From: a virus
Taxonomy: Duplodnaviria; Heunggongvirae; Uroviricota; Caudoviricetes
DNA: 64,000 nucleotides
IMG/VR virus record: IMGVR_UViG_3300027608_000011
Reading direction: 5' to 3' (one strand)
The notes below the pieces were generated by a model. It did not search any database, was not told the DNA's origin, and saw only the letters and a program-made list of their open reading frames with translations. The position numbers were made by a program, and so were the translations under genes. Of the stretch, positions 48,103-57,280 are shown one piece after another. Within the stretch, counting starts at the first letter, position 1. Every line of letters starts with the position of its first letter.

Positions 48103-49213
48103 AAGTATCTGTACGTTCCCATGGGTACACTTGCACGCCTGGCCGGACGGTAAAGCGTTTCCATGTTGCATGAGTGATCCATTAAAACCTATAGGCGATT
48201 TGAAAAAGAATAAAATAATCGAAATTGTCAACGGTGACAAGTATACTGAGATTAAAAATAAAATGTTAGCAGGTGAGAAAGTTGATACTTGTTATAAATG
48301 TTATCAGCAAGAAGACATGGGTATGGAGAGTATGAGGTTAAGTAGCTTTAAATATCACCCTACTGATTTTAAAGAATTTAAACTTAAATATTTAGATATT
48401 AGATTTAGCAATGTATGTAATCTAGCCTGTGTTACATGCGGTCCTACATTTAGTAGTAAATGGCATAACGATTGGATTACATTAGGACGCACTAGCGGCC
48501 ACGAAAGACTATTAGAGTTAGACATTATGAATGAATTAACAGCCGAACACTTATGTGACGTAGAAAACGTAACCTTTGCAGGTGGTGAGCCATTGGTAAC
48601 GGACCAACATTTTCAAATACTAGAATATTGGATCGAAGAACAACAGGACGTTAACATTTCTTATATTACAAATTTAACAAACTTAAATTATAAGAACAAA
48701 AACATACTAGAATTATGGAATAAATTTAAACGTGTCAGTATGTTAGTTAGCGTGGATAATGTATGGGACAAATTCAATTACATACGTTGGGGCGCCGATT
48801 GGCAACAACTACTAATTAATTTAGAAAAAGTTCATACACAATGTCCTCATATTGATATTAAGATTACTCCTACTATTAGTATTTTAAATATATTAGATTT
48901 AGACAAAATTGAACGTGCTATACATAGTCAGACTGGAATCCACAATTATCAGTATAATTTCTTATCTTATCCCGAATACTTAAAGGCAGAGTTATTACCA
49001 GAAAAGTACAGAGATGAAGCAAGACGTATGGTATCCTATCATAAAACATGGTTAAGCGATAACAACTTAACTTCGACAATGCCTGCATTAGTAGAAAGCA
49101 TACTCGAAAATCACGATAATATTGAAAAACTAGAAGAGACTCGAAAATACCTCGGTGATCTAGATGTTATTAGAAAGACTAATAGTAAAGAGTTGTTTCC
49201 GTATATTTGGTAA
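48017..49213 (+). CDS. Radical SAM/twitch enzyme (#7)
   Basis: CNLACVTC, AGGEP; IC.FPW...PCC, CYKCY. Start uncertain (overlaps #6). Confidence 0.88.
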   Translation: MKNKMNIVNRALQPLSQSGTQSLDPTTNKSICTFPWVHLHAWPDGKAFPCCMSDPLKPIGDLKKNKIIEIVNGDKYTEIKNKMLAGEKVDTCYKCYQQEDMGMESMRLSSFKYHPTDFKEFKLKYLDIRFSNVCNLACVTCGPTFSSKWHNDWITLGRTSGHERLLELDIMNELTAEHLCDVENVTFAGGEPLVTDQHFQILEYWIEEQQDVNISYITNLTNLNYKNKNILELWNKFKRVSMLVSVDNVWDKFNYIRWGADWQQLLINLEKVHTQCPHIDIKITPTISILNILDLDKIERAIHSQTGIHNYQYNFLSYPEYLKAELLPEKYRDEARRMVSYHKTWLSDNNLTSTMPALVESILENHDNIEKLEETRKYLGDLDVIRKTNSKELFPYIW

Positions 49214-49241
49214 ATATATACATACTTACAGGAGCACCCAT

Positions 49242-49781
49242 ATGTCTAGAACTATTGGAGAAAACGGATTAGAATTAATTAAACATTTCGAAGGATGTTA
49301 TAGTTCAGTCCCAGGATCGGCCGCATTAGGAAAAATAAAGCCAAAGCCCGTTACAAATTTAAAAAACGAAGAACAATCAGTATATAGCTATCGTTGCTCC
49401 GCCAATGTAGCAACTATTGGTTGGGGTAATACAAGATGGGCAGACGACGAGCCTGTAACAGACGGTGATGAATGTACTCTTGCTGACGCAAATAGCTTAT
49501 TTTCAGTCGAAGTAGCAGAGTTTGCACATAACGTTGACAGACTTATTACCAATCCGCATGTTACACAAAACATGTTCGATTCGTTAGTTAGTTTTGCCTA
49601 TAACGCAGGTGTTGGCAATCTCAAAGCTAGTACTTTGTTAAAAACAGTTAATGCTGGTGATTTTCACGGAGTGCGCGAGCAGTTCATGCGTTGGAACAAA
49701 GCAGGCGGTAAAGAACTTGCTGGTTTAACCAAAAGGCGTGTTGCCGAAGCAACATTGTTCGAAACACCGGATGACGAATAA
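49242..49781 (+). CDS. Phage lysozyme (GH24 endolysin)
   Basis: LIKHFEG, TIGWG, FDSLVSFAYNAG, WNKAGG and GLTKRR.AE; TAAATA and GGAG upstream of ATG 49242. Confidence 0.92.
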   Translation: MSRTIGENGLELIKHFEGCYSSVPGSAALGKIKPKPVTNLKNEEQSVYSYRCSANVATIGWGNTRWADDEPVTDGDECTLADANSLFSVEVAEFAHNVDRLITNPHVTQNMFDSLVSFAYNAGVGNLKASTLLKTVNAGDFHGVREQFMRWNKAGGKELAGLTKRRVAEATLFETPDDE

Positions 49782-49840
49782 TGATTAATACTATTGACGA
49801 AGGTTGCCCATTCTGCGGCGGCAAACACCCAAAGAAATAA
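49781..49840 (+). CDS. Possible 19-aa CxxC micropeptide MINTIDEGCPFCGGKHPKK
   Basis: TAATG overlap with the lysozyme stop; not in ORF track. Confidence 0.3.
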   Translation: MINTIDEGCPFCGGKHPKK

Positions 49841-49862
49841 TCGCCAATACAGTTAAACTGAC

Positions 49863-49891
49863 TTGACTTTGCATATAAACTAAATTATAAT
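49863..49891 (+). promoter_or_regulatory. sigma70-type promoter
   Basis: TTGACT-17 nt-TATAAT. Confidence 0.75.
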
Positions 49892-49919
49892 GTTGAATAA
49901 ACATTTATAGGAGGCTTAT

Positions 49920-50180
49920 ATGCCAGGACGTTCATTTAATTCAGAAGATATTGCAAAACTCAAACGACTCTTTACGGAGGGTATGCGTGTAATGCGCGAG
50001 ATGGAAGATCTTCGAGAAGGTTTGAAAGATACAGTTAAATCCATAGCAGAAGAAATGGATATGAAGCCTGCTACTCTTAGCAAGGCATTAAAAATTGCAC
50101 ATAAAAATGCATTAAAAGACGAGCAAGAATCATTTGCCGGTGTTGAAGAAGTATTAGAAGCCGCCGGTTATACTCTTTGA
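49920..50180 (+). CDS. T4 DsbA/GapR-like dsDNA-binding protein
   Basis: Helical 86 aa, LREGLKDTVKSIAEEMDMKPATLSKALKIAHK; GGAGG ribosome-binding site. Confidence 0.7.
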   Translation: MPGRSFNSEDIAKLKRLFTEGMRVMREMEDLREGLKDTVKSIAEEMDMKPATLSKALKIAHKNALKDEQESFAGVEEVLEAAGYTL

Positions 50181-50479
50181 TCAATAAACTTAAATCTTGG
50201 TTCGCTCCTACTCTGGAGTGGATTAAAGAAGACTATCAAGCCTGGCCGTTTCGATTTTATATTGAAGTTATAGCCTGGACAATTAGTATTGGCAATAGCA
50301 TTGTAATGATGTTGACAGTACCTACTCCGCCGCTTATAATACTGTATCCTATATGGATCTGCGGTTGTGCGTTGTATGCTTGGGCGGCCTGGACAAGAGG
50401 CAGTTTCGGTATGCTAGCCAACTACATGTTGTTGGTAACTATAGATTCCATTGGGCTAATTAGGATGATTATTAAATGA
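50177..50479 (+). CDS. Small multi-TM membrane protein
   Basis: About three hydrophobic segments. Confidence 0.6.
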   Translation: MINKLKSWFAPTLEWIKEDYQAWPFRFYIEVIAWTISIGNSIVMMLTVPTPPLIILYPIWICGCALYAWAAWTRGSFGMLANYMLLVTIDSIGLIRMIIK

Positions 50480-53115
50480 GTTATGTAGACGCTTTCTACA
50501 ATAAAGAAAAAGATTTGGTGCATGTAGTAGAACGTGTTGACGGCCAAAGGAAGTTTAGAGACATTCCAGTTAAGTATACCTTTTATTATCCTGATAATAA
50601 AGGAAAATACAAAAGCATACATGGATATCCATTATCCAAAGTATCTGTTAACAACCATAAGTCGTTTGACAAAGAAAAACGAATCATGGGCGGAAAGAAA
50701 CTTCATGAGAGTGATATTAAACCTGTGTTCAGAGTGCTAGAGGAAGAATATCCAGATGCGGATACTCCTAATCTTAATAAAGTTTTCTTTGACATTGAGG
50801 TAGCATTTAATAAAGAAAAAGGATTTGCTGATCCCAGTGATCCGTTTAATCCTATTACCAGTATTACATTACACCTAAGTTGGTTAGATAAACTTATTAC
50901 TATCTGCAATAAGCCCGATAGTTTGACTACTGAACAAGCACAGGAAATTTGCAGTAGGTTTGATAATACTGTGCTGTGCGAAACAGAAGAAGAAATGTTG
51001 GACATGTTCCTAAGTCTAGTCGACGACGCTGATATTATCAGTGGATGGAACAGCGAAGGCTTTGATATTCCGTACACACTAAATCGTATTGGTCGAATCA
51101 TGGGGCAGGATCATAATAGACGACTTTGCCTATGGGGACAAAAACCCAAAACAAGAGAGTTTGAAAAGTATGGAAAAACATCAATTACATTTGACTTGAT
51201 AGGTCGTGTACACTTAGATTATCTTGAACTATACCGCAAGTATACATATCATGAATTACATACGTATCGTCTAGACTTTGTCGGAGAGTACGAACTAGGT
51301 GAAACAAAAGTCCAATATGAAGGTACACTAGATCAGCTATACAACAACGATTTCGAAAAGTTTATTGCTTATAATAGGCAAGATACAATGTTGTTAGTTA
51401 AGTTAGATAAGAAGTTACAATATATTGACTTAGTAAATGTATTAGCACATGCCAATGGTGTATTGTTTCCAACGACTATGGGCGCAGTTGCAGTTACTGA
51501 TCAAGCCATTATCAAAGAAGCACACAATAGAGGACTAGTAGTTCCTGACAGGATACGAGATCATGCAGAGACACAGGCCGCTGGTGCGTATGTAGCATAT
51601 CCTAAAAAAGGCATTCACGAATGGATAGGTAGTATGGACTTGAACAGTTTGTACCCTAGTATTATTCGTGCGTTAAACATGAGTCCGGAAACTATTGCTG
51701 GCCAAGTTCGTTTAGATATGACTAAGAAGATGCTAACTGATGGCATGGACTCTGGTAAAAGTTTTGCAGACTGCTGGGACGGAAGATTCGCTGTCATGGA
51801 ATATGAAGCAGTTATGAATCAGGATATCGGCACTGACGTTATTATCGACTGGGAAAATGGTCATAGTGAACAAGTAAGCGGTAAAGAAGCGTACGAGAAG
51901 ATATTCTTGACGGGACAAAATTTGATTATGAGTGCCAATGGTACTATCTTTACGTATGCCAATAAAGGAGTTATTCCTGGATTGCTTGAACGTTGGTATA
52001 CTGAACGTAAAGAATTACAAAAGAAATTAAAAGAAGCAAAGACTCCTGAAGAGATTGAATTTTGGGACAAACGACAACTAGTTAAGAAGATTAACTTGAA
52101 CTCCGCATATGGTGCGTTGCTTAATGCAGGCAGTAGGTTCTTTGACCAACGTTTAGGACAATCAACTACATTAACTGGTCGTTGTATTGCCAAGCATATG
52201 GCCGCGCAGGTTAATGCTATGTTTACTGGGGAATATGATCATATAGGTAAGTCAATTATATATGGTGATACTGACTCTGTATACTTTAGTGCCTGGCCTA
52301 TATTTAAAGAAGAAGTTGAATCCGGCAAACTAGATTGGAGTAGAGAAAAGGTAATCGAACTTTATGATGCAGTCAGTGAAGAAGTCAACGGCACTTTCCC
52401 AGCGTTTATGAATCAAGCATTTAATGTTCCTAGTTTGTATGCTCAACCTATTAGGGCAGGTCGTGAAGTAGTCGCTAGTAAAGGTATTTACATGACCAAG
52501 AAGCGTTATGCTGTTCTTATCTATGACAAAGAAGGCAAGCGCAAAGACGTTGGGTCACCCGGAGAAGTTAAAGCTATGGGCCTGGACCTTAAACGAGCAG
52601 ACACTCCTGAATTCATGCAAAAGTTTTTAGAGGAAGTATTGCTAATGCTACTAACCGGGGAAGATCAACAAAAGATATTGGATCGGATATTAGCATTTAG
52701 AAAAGAATTTAAAGTTAGGCCGGCATGGGAAAAAGGTACACCTAAACGTGTAAACAATTTAACCAAACACACTGACGTCTTTAAGAAGACCGGTAAATGT
52801 GGTATTGGTCATGCATTGGCGGCAATCAATTGGAATAGAGTTAAGAAGATGCATAACGATAGCTATTCCATGGATGCTACAGACGGAATGAAAGTTATCG
52901 TTTGTAAACTCCGCTCTAATCCATTGGGTATGACTAGTATTGCATATCCAACAGATGAACATCGATTACCATTGTGGTTTAAAGAATTACCATTTGATAA
53001 CGATGCAATGGAAGAAGCAATTATTGATAATAAAATTGATAACTTGCTGGGGGTGTTGGGTTGGGACTTGCAGTCTACAAAAATGAAGAATACATTTAAC
53101 CTATTATTTGAATAA
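50476..53115 (+). CDS. polB: Family B DNA polymerase (T4 gp43-like)
   Basis: Exo FDIE, WNSEGFD; polymerase DLNSLYPS, KINLNSAYG, YGDTDS, KKRY. Confidence 0.97.
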   Translation: MSYVDAFYNKEKDLVHVVERVDGQRKFRDIPVKYTFYYPDNKGKYKSIHGYPLSKVSVNNHKSFDKEKRIMGGKKLHESDIKPVFRVLEEEYPDADTPNLNKVFFDIEVAFNKEKGFADPSDPFNPITSITLHLSWLDKLITICNKPDSLTTEQAQEICSRFDNTVLCETEEEMLDMFLSLVDDADIISGWNSEGFDIPYTLNRIGRIMGQDHNRRLCLWGQKPKTREFEKYGKTSITFDLIGRVHLDYLELYRKYTYHELHTYRLDFVGEYELGETKVQYEGTLDQLYNNDFEKFIAYNRQDTMLLVKLDKKLQYIDLVNVLAHANGVLFPTTMGAVAVTDQAIIKEAHNRGLVVPDRIRDHAETQAAGAYVAYPKKGIHEWIGSMDLNSLYPSIIRALNMSPETIAGQVRLDMTKKMLTDGMDSGKSFADCWDGRFAVMEYEAVMNQDIGTDVIIDWENGHSEQVSGKEAYEKIFLTGQNLIMSANGTIFTYANKGVIPGLLERWYTERKELQKKLKEAKTPEEIEFWDKRQLVKKINLNSAYGALLNAGSRFFDQRLGQSTTLTGRCIAKHMAAQVNAMFTGEYDHIGKSIIYGDTDSVYFSAWPIFKEEVESGKLDWSREKVIELYDAVSEEVNGTFPAFMNQAFNVPSLYAQPIRAGREVVASKGIYMTKKRYAVLIYDKEGKRKDVGSPGEVKAMGLDLKRADTPEFMQKFLEEVLLMLLTGEDQQKILDRILAFRKEFKVRPAWEKGTPKRVNNLTKHTDVFKKTGKCGIGHALAAINWNRVKKMHNDSYSMDATDGMKVIVCKLRSNPLGMTSIAYPTDEHRLPLWFKELPFDNDAMEEAIIDNKIDNLLGVLGWDLQSTKMKNTFNLLFE

Positions 53116-53118
53116 TAC

Positions 53119-53147
53119 TTGACACGACCTAAATAAACATATACAAT
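53119..53147 (+). promoter_or_regulatory. sigma70-type promoter with an embedded TAAATA
   Basis: TTGACA-17 nt-TACAAT; TAAATA at 53130. Confidence 0.7.
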
Positions 53148-53169
53148 TACACATAGAAGGAGATCTCAG

Positions 53170-53910
53170 ATGAAAGACATCGTATTAGACATCGTAAGAC
53201 ATACTAGCGGACTAGGCATTATTGACAGTCTCAAAGTAACCGGTACCGACACCGAAACACAACTAGCGGCAATTGATCCAGACAAAACTGTTATTTTAAA
53301 TGCCAAATTACATAAACCAGAGGCTGACTTTGTTGGCGAGTTTGGTATGGGTAATTTAGGATTCTTAAATGGAGTTTGTAACCTGTACGCAAAAGATGGT
53401 ACAACAGTAGAAGTAACAAAGTCACAACGTAACGGCGTAGAGCTTCCAGAAACATTAGTGTTTAAAGATGCTGATGGTAATTCAGACAAGTACCGTTTAA
53501 TGAGTAAAGAAGTAGTTGACACTCAGATTCAAACAGTAAAGTTTAAAGGCGCCAGCTGGGACGTTACATTTGAACCTAAAAAGGCAAGAGTACAAGACTT
53601 AGCACAGGCCGCAGGGATTTATTCCAGCATTGAGCCAACATTCACTGTACGTACTGAAAACGGAAATCTTGTTTTTGAATTAGGTAGTGCAAATGGTGGC
53701 AGTCACTTTGGTAAAAGAACATTTGCTGAAAATATAACAGGAACAATCAAAGGCGACTTATGTTTTCCACTTACACAATTTTTGAATATTCTTAAATTAG
53801 GAATGGGCGGAATCTGTGCAGTTAATTTCAGTAATCAAGGTGCATGTATGATCAGTGTTGATAGTGGACAAGGATTGTATAATTACATTTTACCAGCAAT
53901 GACTCGTTAA
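53170..53910 (+). CDS. Sliding clamp (gp45/PCNA-like)
   Basis: 246 aa, two-domain alpha/beta pattern ending YNYILPA; directly follows polB. Confidence 0.7.
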   Translation: MKDIVLDIVRHTSGLGIIDSLKVTGTDTETQLAAIDPDKTVILNAKLHKPEADFVGEFGMGNLGFLNGVCNLYAKDGTTVEVTKSQRNGVELPETLVFKDADGNSDKYRLMSKEVVDTQIQTVKFKGASWDVTFEPKKARVQDLAQAAGIYSSIEPTFTVRTENGNLVFELGSANGGSHFGKRTFAENITGTIKGDLCFPLTQFLNILKLGMGGICAVNFSNQGACMISVDSGQGLYNYILPAMTR

Positions 53911-53922
53911 AAGGAGACAACT

Positions 53923-54108
53923 ATGTACGAAGGCAGAATTAAACATCTGACGGAAGCTCATGATCTTTTAGACAGACAAATTGCAGACATGGAACGTAAT
54001 CATCCACATGTAGAAGAAAAAAAGTTACATGACATGAAAAAGCATAAGTTATTGCTTAAAGATGAAATTGCTAACTTTAAACGGTTACAGAAAGAACATG
54101 ATGCATAA
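53923..54108 (+). CDS. YdcH/DUF465-like small coiled-coil protein
   Basis: HL.EAH..LD.QI..ME...L..MKK.KL.LKDEI. Confidence 0.75.
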   Translation: MYEGRIKHLTEAHDLLDRQIADMERNHPHVEEKKLHDMKKHKLLLKDEIANFKRLQKEHDA

Positions 54109-55636
54109 GACAACTGTGGACTTAGATCCACGTAACAAAGACTACGCTATATTTTTACCTAGTATTAGCGGCTTTTATAATACCTTTATTTCTAAACAAA
54201 GAGAAGGTAACAATTTTATAGAAGACTCCAGGATTCCAGCGGAATTCGAAAATGGTATTGAAGGTATGAATTTCCTTAATAAGGAAAAAGCATACTTCCA
54301 TTATAGTCATGCATTGTATTCAGCCGGACATGCACAACTAGACCTTAACAAGTCTTGGGTGCAAGAATCGATGGTACAGCAACGAGACAAACCTAATACA
54401 TTTATTTTAGGCGACAGTGGCGGATTCCAAATTGGTAAGGGCATTATTAACTTTGACTGGAAACATTTCTGGGAGAAACAAGGTGATGCTGGCTATGTAG
54501 GAGAAGCAGATAAAACTCGTATGGCTATTCTTAACTGGTTAGAGTTTACTGCTGATTACAGTATGATACTAGACTTGCCAACATGGGCAAGTAATCCTAT
54601 TAATCAACCAAGAACAGGTCTTAAAGACTTTAATGACTGCCTTAAAGGAACATTGTTTAACAACGATTTCTTCTTAAAGCATCGTCAAGGTAAGACTAAG
54701 TTCTTAAACGTACTGCAAGGCGGTAACAACGTTGATGCAGAGATTTGGTATGAAGCTGTTAAACATTTCCCGTTTGAAGGTTGGGCAATGGGAGGCAATA
54801 ACATGAAGGATGTGGATCTAATGTTACGCCGATTGATTAAACTGCGAGATGATAAACTACTAGAACCTGGACGAGATGTTATTCACTTCTTGGGTACTAG
54901 TAAACTTGAACTTGCTTGCCTGTTGACTGCCGTTCAACGTAATCTACGTGAACATGTTAATCCTAAAATGAAGGTAACGTTTGACTGTGCAAGTCCATTC
55001 TTGGCAACTGCATACGGACAAGTGTATACTCAGCACGTTCATCAAAATGATAGATTTAGTTATATTATGACTAAGGCTATTGATAATAAGAAGCTGAGTG
55101 GTAGTAAGATTGCTTGGCCTTGGTCGAGTCCAGTGGGAGAGCGTTTAACTATGGGCGACCTGTGTTATTATGCTCCAGGTATGCTTAATAAATTAGGTAA
55201 AGAAGGTAAAACTTCTTGGGATAGTTTTTCTTACTTCTTAATGATGGGCCATAATGTTTATCAACATATGGAAAGTGTACAACGTGCTAATGCATTAACC
55301 GATTCGGCATCTGTACTGCATAAGCCTGATCCTGCAAGTTGGCACAAAGTTAAAAAAGGCCAAGATGAAATGAGCGAATGGGTTCCACGTAATGTTATCT
55401 ATATCACTGAGTTAGTCAATCGTGTGTTTACTAGTGAAACACCATATACTGAATTAGACAAAGCGCAAGATTTATTAGCTAACTTTAATGGTGCAAAAAC
55501 TCTCAAGAGTTCTATTGCTGGTTTTAGTAATCTGTTTGATGTTGAAGAAGCTGGTGGGGACAATGATAGCAATATGTTTGATGATCCAGAGACCGCAGAG
55601 CAAAGCGAGCAGATACTAGAAAGCATCTTGAAATAA
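54098..55636 (+). CDS. dpdA: tRNA-guanine transglycosylase-fold enzyme, DpdA-like (deazaguanine insertion into DNA)
   Basis: LGDSGGFQ, MILD.P, VLQG, IHFLG, TFD..S and HN; context with folE/queD and polB. Confidence 0.75.
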   Translation: MMHKTTVDLDPRNKDYAIFLPSISGFYNTFISKQREGNNFIEDSRIPAEFENGIEGMNFLNKEKAYFHYSHALYSAGHAQLDLNKSWVQESMVQQRDKPNTFILGDSGGFQIGKGIINFDWKHFWEKQGDAGYVGEADKTRMAILNWLEFTADYSMILDLPTWASNPINQPRTGLKDFNDCLKGTLFNNDFFLKHRQGKTKFLNVLQGGNNVDAEIWYEAVKHFPFEGWAMGGNNMKDVDLMLRRLIKLRDDKLLEPGRDVIHFLGTSKLELACLLTAVQRNLREHVNPKMKVTFDCASPFLATAYGQVYTQHVHQNDRFSYIMTKAIDNKKLSGSKIAWPWSSPVGERLTMGDLCYYAPGMLNKLGKEGKTSWDSFSYFLMMGHNVYQHMESVQRANALTDSASVLHKPDPASWHKVKKGQDEMSEWVPRNVIYITELVNRVFTSETPYTELDKAQDLLANFNGAKTLKSSIAGFSNLFDVEEAGGDNDSNMFDDPETAEQSEQILESILK

Positions 55637-56397
55637 TGAAAGCCAAAGATCCACTAACGTTAATGCAATTAGACAAAGTTCCTAATTTAATTAGGAAATA
55701 TAAAAGTGTGGTTGCATTGCCGTTGGATCTGCCAACATTAGAGCTCGACAATGTCGAAGCCTTTTGGGATACGTGGGATAAGGAAGTAGGATTAGTTACT
55801 AGACAACATATTGATCGTGGTGCGATGGGCATTGACAAACCGGAGATGAATATAGTACAATGGGAAGGATTAGCAGTATATGAAAATTTATTGTTAATTA
55901 ATAAACTTGCATGGAATACTAATCTAAGTTCAGCAATGGCAAATTCACAACGTAACTATATTAATCAAATAATTAAAAGTCTTGATTTTATGCAACTCAG
56001 AAGTATTAGATTTTGGAGTGCAGTAAGAGACATACCAGCTCATTATGATGGCAATATGCCAGAGACATTAGATGGCGTTCAACGGTTTCCTGCTGAAATA
56101 AGAATAATGTTATACGATGAAAATCCAAGCTCGACATTTTGGTTAGTTAATGCTAATAAGCATAGCCCGCACACAACTATTAATGACAGCGATAAATTTT
56201 ATATAAAGTTACCCGAATCATCTAACACATTCATATGGAACAACGAAGAATACTTACATGGTGCAGACTATGATCCTAAATACAAAAAGATACTTGTAGT
56301 AATTAAAGGCTGGATTACTGATATGGATAAGTTAGAGTTGTTGTTAGACCAAAGTATAGAAAAATACCCCGGACATGTTATAAGAGAAACAATATGA
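55636..56397 (+). CDS. Putative 2OG-Fe(II)/cupin oxygenase-like protein
   Basis: PAHYDG (HxD) ... YLHGAD distal His. Confidence 0.5.
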   Translation: MKAKDPLTLMQLDKVPNLIRKYKSVVALPLDLPTLELDNVEAFWDTWDKEVGLVTRQHIDRGAMGIDKPEMNIVQWEGLAVYENLLLINKLAWNTNLSSAMANSQRNYINQIIKSLDFMQLRSIRFWSAVRDIPAHYDGNMPETLDGVQRFPAEIRIMLYDENPSSTFWLVNANKHSPHTTINDSDKFYIKLPESSNTFIWNNEEYLHGADYDPKYKKILVVIKGWITDMDKLELLLDQSIEKYPGHVIRETI

Positions 56398-57272
56398 AAA
56401 GTTTAGTTATTGGTATGGGTATCGGACAGTTATATAAAACAGTATTAGAACAACTTGGATCTACTGTTGTCACCGTAGATAGTGATCCCTCTAAGAAAGC
56501 ACAATATCTATCAGTAGACATTGCAATATTAGTAGAAGGTCCGTTTGATACTGCACATATATGCACTCCAAACTTTACGCATTTTAGTTTAGCGGGCCAG
56601 GTAGCAAAACATTCAAAAATAGTATTTGTCGATAAACCCGGAGTAACAGATAGTCATTCTTGGAATATGTTAGTCTCTGGATTTCCTGATACACGTTTCA
56701 TGATGGTTAAAAACAATATGTGGCGTAGTAATATATCTGACTTACAAAGTAAAGCAACTAAGGCAAAAGTAGTAAACATTAAATGGATTCGCCGTAATTG
56801 TATTCCTAGTCCAGGCAGTTGGTTTACTACTAAGAAATTAGCATTTGGCGGAGTTAGTCGCGACCTTATGCCTCACTTGCTAAGTTTATATGTTGCAATG
56901 AACTCTGAATGGATGGACGAAGCTGTCAGCGGACAAACAGCATTAATGTGTTGGATGTTAAAAGATATTGAAAGTACAGATTACGGAGTTATAAATCCTA
57001 ATGGAACATATGACGTCGACGACCTGTGTGTTATCAATTTTGGTACCAAATGGAAATTAGAAGCCAATTGGCGCAGTATGATTGAAGAAGATAGTTCAAT
57101 TGAATTTATAATGCCAGACGATAGTGTAGAACGTTTTGAATTAGGATGGTGTCCTGAAGAAGCGTACTACAATATGATTAAAGAAACATTAGAACAAATC
57201 AATAACAAAAAATATTGGTTAGATCAATGTGAAATAGATTCGTGGATACATAAACAAATACAAGGACTATAA
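56394..57272 (+). CDS. Gfo/Idh/MocA-family oxidoreductase
   Basis: IGMGIG, HICTPNFTH, VDKP and DLMPH. Confidence 0.8.
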   Translation: MKSLVIGMGIGQLYKTVLEQLGSTVVTVDSDPSKKAQYLSVDIAILVEGPFDTAHICTPNFTHFSLAGQVAKHSKIVFVDKPGVTDSHSWNMLVSGFPDTRFMMVKNNMWRSNISDLQSKATKAKVVNIKWIRRNCIPSPGSWFTTKKLAFGGVSRDLMPHLLSLYVAMNSEWMDEAVSGQTALMCWMLKDIESTDYGVINPNGTYDVDDLCVINFGTKWKLEANWRSMIEEDSSIEFIMPDDSVERFELGWCPEEAYYNMIKETLEQINNKKYWLDQCEIDSWIHKQIQGL

Positions 57273-57280
57273 AGATACGT

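Noticed and set aside
50177-50479. Holin
   Set aside because: The TM topology fits, but the gene lies after a separate sigma70 promoter in the DsbA/polB replication operon; there is no positive evidence.
50476-53115. Intein or intron in the DNA polymerase, or in ClpA
   Set aside because: Both lengths are typical and the motifs are contiguous; there are no splice-junction or LAGLIDADG/HNH signatures.
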